Under the pieces are notes generated by a model that saw only the letters and a list, made by a program, of their open reading frames with translations, made no database searches and was not told the origin of the DNA. The position numbers and the translations under genes are program-made. This document shows, in pieces, positions 60,198 through 64,000 of a stretch of DNA of 64,000 nucleotides (position 1 is the first letter of the stretch; each line of letters opens with the position of its first letter). The DNA comes from Mytilus trossulus (taxonomy: Eukaryota). The stretch covers positions 66,030,001 to 66,094,000 of the forward strand of contig NC_086373.1 in the NCBI RefSeq assembly GCF_036588685.1, in the 5' to 3' direction.

Positions 60198-61904
60198 ATG
60201 GCGTTTTCCCAGTCAATAGGGAAAGCACAGACTCCAGCTTTGTGTCAGTTCTGTGAAGAATCACCAGACATTAAGTGGAAGTGTATAAACTGTGACCTAT
60301 TCTTATGTCAAAGGTGCTGTTCAAAGATACATAGTAAAATCAAGGCATCTATGCAACATGAAACTATAAATTTAAAAGATTTTGAAAAGAAGGATTTTGT
60401 TTCTTCAGTACGTAAAGTTGACCTTGAAAACATGGAATGTACAATCCATCCCAAACAGAAATGTTTTGTTTTCTGTAAGGACTGCAGTGAGCCCTCTTGT
60501 TCCAAATGTTTAATGGAGACTCATAAATTGCATGACTACAAAGCCATCGAAGAAGAGTATAAAGAAATAACCTCTGATATGGAGGAACTAATAAAACAAT
60601 TTGAAGCTAATCTTAAACTCCTCAGAAATGAAAAGGAACATCTAAAGAAGAAGCTATCTGATGGTGGTGACAATTTCAAAGAAACAAGGGATTTAATTTT
60701 GCAAACTGAGAAAGAAATGAAAGAGGTCATTTCTAAACGTGCCAAAGAACTTTTACAAGAACTTGGAGCAAGATGGAGTTTATCCTCAAATGTTATCAAA
60801 ATGGAAATTTCAGCCATCACAAAGAATGAGGAGGAGATGGGAACAAAGAACAATAACCTATACCAAGTACTGCAGTCTCATCAAGCCAGAGACATTTTCT
60901 CTGCAAGTAAAACTTTAGATACATCATTTCCATGTTACTCACTGACAGTAAAAGAAATCATAACAAATAAAACAAAATTCATTCCAACAAATATGGAAGT
61001 GAAAAAAAAATATCAGTTAATGTTGGGTGACATATATACAATTCCAGTCTTGAAGGTGATAAACACTTATCACAGTGATGTTGAAAATGTGACAAACCTT
61101 GTATTCTGTAGTGACAATACAGCATTTATAGGAAACAATGCAATTAAAAAAATTCAAAAGATAAATTTTGAAACTCAAAGTATCAAAATAGAAAGAGAAA
61201 TTAAAACAGATGTAACTGATATGGTGTTGATTAAGGACCAAGATATACTTGTTTCAACTGGAAAAAGTGATCTCAAAATATATACTAAAGATGGACAATT
61301 AACTTCATTTAAGTCATTTTCTCCCCTTAAAACTGTTTGTGTTCATGTAACTAAAGACAATCATGTAATAGTTGGTTTAGTTGAATCTAGTTCTGATGGA
61401 TTAATCATTACAAAAGCAAGTCACAGAAAAGTTGTTATTATGAACCTGGATGGGGACATACAACATACAATTGAATATAACAGGGACAATCAGAGACTGT
61501 TAACATGTCCTTATAGAATCAATAGTTTAAATGATAGTATAGTAGTTGTAGATATTATTAACAAGGAATGGGAGGGGAGGGTAGTAATGTTTGATTATGG
61601 GGGACAACTCCATTGGACCTACAATGGATGTAATAATATCATTTCTGATCAGGTTAAGTTTTATCCAGGAGATGTGGCAATAACCTCTTCAGCAATGATT
61701 TTAATTTCTGAACAGGGTAATCATGCAATACATATATTAAATCCTGCTGGAGAATTTATTGTATGTAAGGATGTTAAGGCCTTAGGAATAGAATTACCTA
61801 TAAGTCTCAATATTGATAACAATGAAGTGTTATGGATTGGATGCAACACATGGGAAACAGACAAAAATAAAAATGCTAAGATAGTATGTGTTAAACTAAC
61901 TTAA
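60198..61904 (+). CDS. RING-less TRIM-like protein copy 3 (B-box x2, coiled coil, NHL-like beta-propeller), intact single-exon CDS, 568 aa
   Basis: CQFC..WKCINCDLFLCQRCCSKIH..H and CTIH..FCKDC..CSKC..H..H B-boxes, heptad-rich middle, propeller-like C-terminus (FYPGDVAIT..ILIS..NHAIHIL..G); AAAATG start context. Confidence 0.9.
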   Translation: MAFSQSIGKAQTPALCQFCEESPDIKWKCINCDLFLCQRCCSKIHSKIKASMQHETINLKDFEKKDFVSSVRKVDLENMECTIHPKQKCFVFCKDCSEPSCSKCLMETHKLHDYKAIEEEYKEITSDMEELIKQFEANLKLLRNEKEHLKKKLSDGGDNFKETRDLILQTEKEMKEVISKRAKELLQELGARWSLSSNVIKMEISAITKNEEEMGTKNNNLYQVLQSHQARDIFSASKTLDTSFPCYSLTVKEIITNKTKFIPTNMEVKKKYQLMLGDIYTIPVLKVINTYHSDVENVTNLVFCSDNTAFIGNNAIKKIQKINFETQSIKIEREIKTDVTDMVLIKDQDILVSTGKSDLKIYTKDGQLTSFKSFSPLKTVCVHVTKDNHVIVGLVESSSDGLIITKASHRKVVIMNLDGDIQHTIEYNRDNQRLLTCPYRINSLNDSIVVVDIINKEWEGRVVMFDYGGQLHWTYNGCNNIISDQVKFYPGDVAITSSAMILISEQGNHAIHILNPAGEFIVCKDVKALGIELPISLNIDNNEVLWIGCNTWETDKNKNAKIVCVKLT

Positions 61905-62160
61905 TTTGGAAGTTTCTGTCACATAATACATCAAACATATTAACAGTAAAATATTCACATATTTGTATTTATCTGAAAAGGCAAATCTATGTTTTGATCT
62001 CTAAATATTTACAATACACAGTATAGTCCAGTCAATCCAGCATACATTTGACCCTAACCTGAAAGTAATTGCAAAGGAAGATTTTTAAGTTTTAATCTTT
62101 AGCATTATACCCCAAATATACACAGAAAAAGTCCCATCAAATCTTACTTGAGGAAGACTA

Positions 62161-62452
62161 AAACAAGAATGTGTCCCCAGTACACAAATGCCCCAATCGC
62201 ACTATCATTTTCCATGTTCAAAGCAATGGACCGTGACATTGGGGTAAAAACTCTAATTTGGCATTAAAACTAGAAAGATCATATCATAGGGAACATGTGT
62301 ATCAAGTTTGAAGTCGATTGGACTTCAACTTCATCAAAAACTACCTTGACCAAAAACTTTAACCTGAAGCGGGACAGACAGACGGACGGACGAACGGACA
62401 CACAGACCAGAAAACATAATGCCCCCCTACTATCGTAGGTGGGGCATAAAAA
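62161..62452 (+). mobile_element. Short Helentron-type element
   Basis: AACAAGAATGTGT..ACAC..ATGCCCC head, GACA/GACG microsatellite, 3' CCTACTATCGTAGG TGGGGCATAAAAA. Confidence 0.65.
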
Positions 62453-64000
62453 TCACCTATGGAGATTTGCATTGAAAAGAGAGACAAAATTACAACTTTA
62501 CCGATTCTATTCATCAGGATGAATTTTGATTTTTTAGTGGTTTTTAAAGTTTTAACACACAACTCTATAGGTGTTTTCATATCTTTTATCAAGCTATAAA
62601 TTAATCTAGATTTCCTATTTCCTTAGTTGAGGGGGAATATTACTATTTTTTGAATTTTTCAACATGTCAAGGTAGAGAATCTCAAATTTAATAAAAATAA
62701 TAAAGCATGTATTCTTCTTTTTGAGGTTGACAGATTCGTTAGATTATAGTTTCTTTAGACTTTGTAAGACTTTGAAAAATATAATATACAAATATAAACA
62801 ATACCAAACTTTCACATTTTTTTTCAAAATGGTCAAAAAGCTTCAAATATGCAATTTCTTTAATTACAAATGCACACACAAAAAAAACTACCCATAACAC
62901 TTTAGTTTTGTACATTTCATGAGCAAAAGATAATATAATTTAGTCAAATACAAAGTACCATACTTTACATATATTTCAAGAAAACCAACCAAAAACTGAC
63001 CAAAAAGAATGATTATTTGCGGAGTTATCTTCCCTTCCATTGTTAATAGGAAATTAAAAATGCTGATTATGAGTTTTTCTCAAGTTAGATTTTATGGGAC
63101 TTTTTTCTGTGTATATTAAGGGCATAATGCTAAAGATAAGAACTAAAACATTTTCTGTTGCAATTAGTTTGAGGTTAAATCTTAGTTTGACTGAACTAAT
63201 AGAGGACCCTTGATTATAGTATTTCAATTTCTTTGAATTGTCTCCACTATGTCAATTGTATTAAATAATCCTGAAATTAGGTATTATATACCAGAAAAGT
63301 TCATGACCTGGGATTATTAGAATGTGATCTCTGAGTGTAGGTTTTAAGCAGAGGCCAATGTAGGTGGGAGCAATGTGCCTGGGACCCCCACCCCTTTTTG
63401 GGGAAAGTTTTGTTGATTATATAGAGAATCAGTTAAGTACACTGAGTAGGGAATGTTTTAGATGTAATTATTTTCATAGAACAATGTAGTTTGTAGTTTA
63501 ATCATGTTCATTTGGTTGGCTAAGTTAGGGATCATCATGTAATTAATGAAATAAAGGAATTTATCAACAATTTTGAGTTCATTCATCCAACGGTCCAGTT
63601 ATAGCTCTAAAGTGCCATCCTTTGCTTTCATAGTTCCTGTCTGTCATTTGTCAGTCAATTTAAAAAAAAAAACATTTTTGACTGAAACTGACAATTGTAA
63701 GGTGTATCCTGGAGAAAACAAGATGAAACTGAGAAATTCATCATGCACTTGTTGAACTAGAAATATTGAACAAAGAAAATTGAAATTCAAACAGCTGTGG
63801 CAATATTTGATGATGGGTTAAATCCATAGTTACAATTTTCAAACTCGATTTACGACTCTCATCATAGTGTCATGACTGAGGATTCAGGTAAAATTTTGCA
63901 TAGTAGTTTCATCAAAGATTCTTTTTTAAAAAGTGAACGATTACAAAGGGAGGATGACAAATGATAACAATAAAACACATGGCCTATTAGTCCAGGTTGG

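Noticed and set aside
42393-62160. TRIM cluster nested in an intron of the WH2 gene (donor-like sites at about 54529, 58032, 62147)
   Set aside because: These are isolated splice-like motifs, one inside a transposon core; no exon chain can be supported without transcripts.

Overview
AT-rich, intron-containing animal DNA. The repeat landscape and the B-box/beta-propeller gene family suggest a bivalve, probably Mytilus-like; this is an inference and no database search was run. Genes: (1) the 5' 17 coding exons of CFAP54 on the minus strand (275..19276), running off the left edge; (2) a divergently oriented two-exon orphan encoding a ~1262-aa Q/N/P/H-rich repeat protein (21726..26016); (3) a minus-strand exon encoding polyproline plus a WIP/verprolin-type WH2 motif (38113..38431); (4) three intronless RING-less TRIM-like paralogs (one frameshifted, one lacking its ATG, one intact). 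Mobile DNA includes a full-length L2/CR1-group LINE nested three deep, several Helentron-type satellite-bearing elements, TTAA-flanked and CACTA-like non-autonomous transposons, a tRNA-derived SINE, a Penelope fragment and three decayed type I hammerhead ribozymes. The most unusual observations are: a 115-bp tandem array that copies the end of a CFAP54 exon as 90-nt in-frame exons separated by 25-nt GT..AG spacers; three sequence-unrelated elements sharing one promoter-motif plus terminal-hairpin design; two CACTA-like elements sharing a core but with different subterminal motifs; an in-frame single-stop ORF1/ORF2 junction in the LINE; and TACATGTA insertions that look like Tc1/mariner excision footprints. 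Coordinates were counted by eye and repeat boundaries are approximate.
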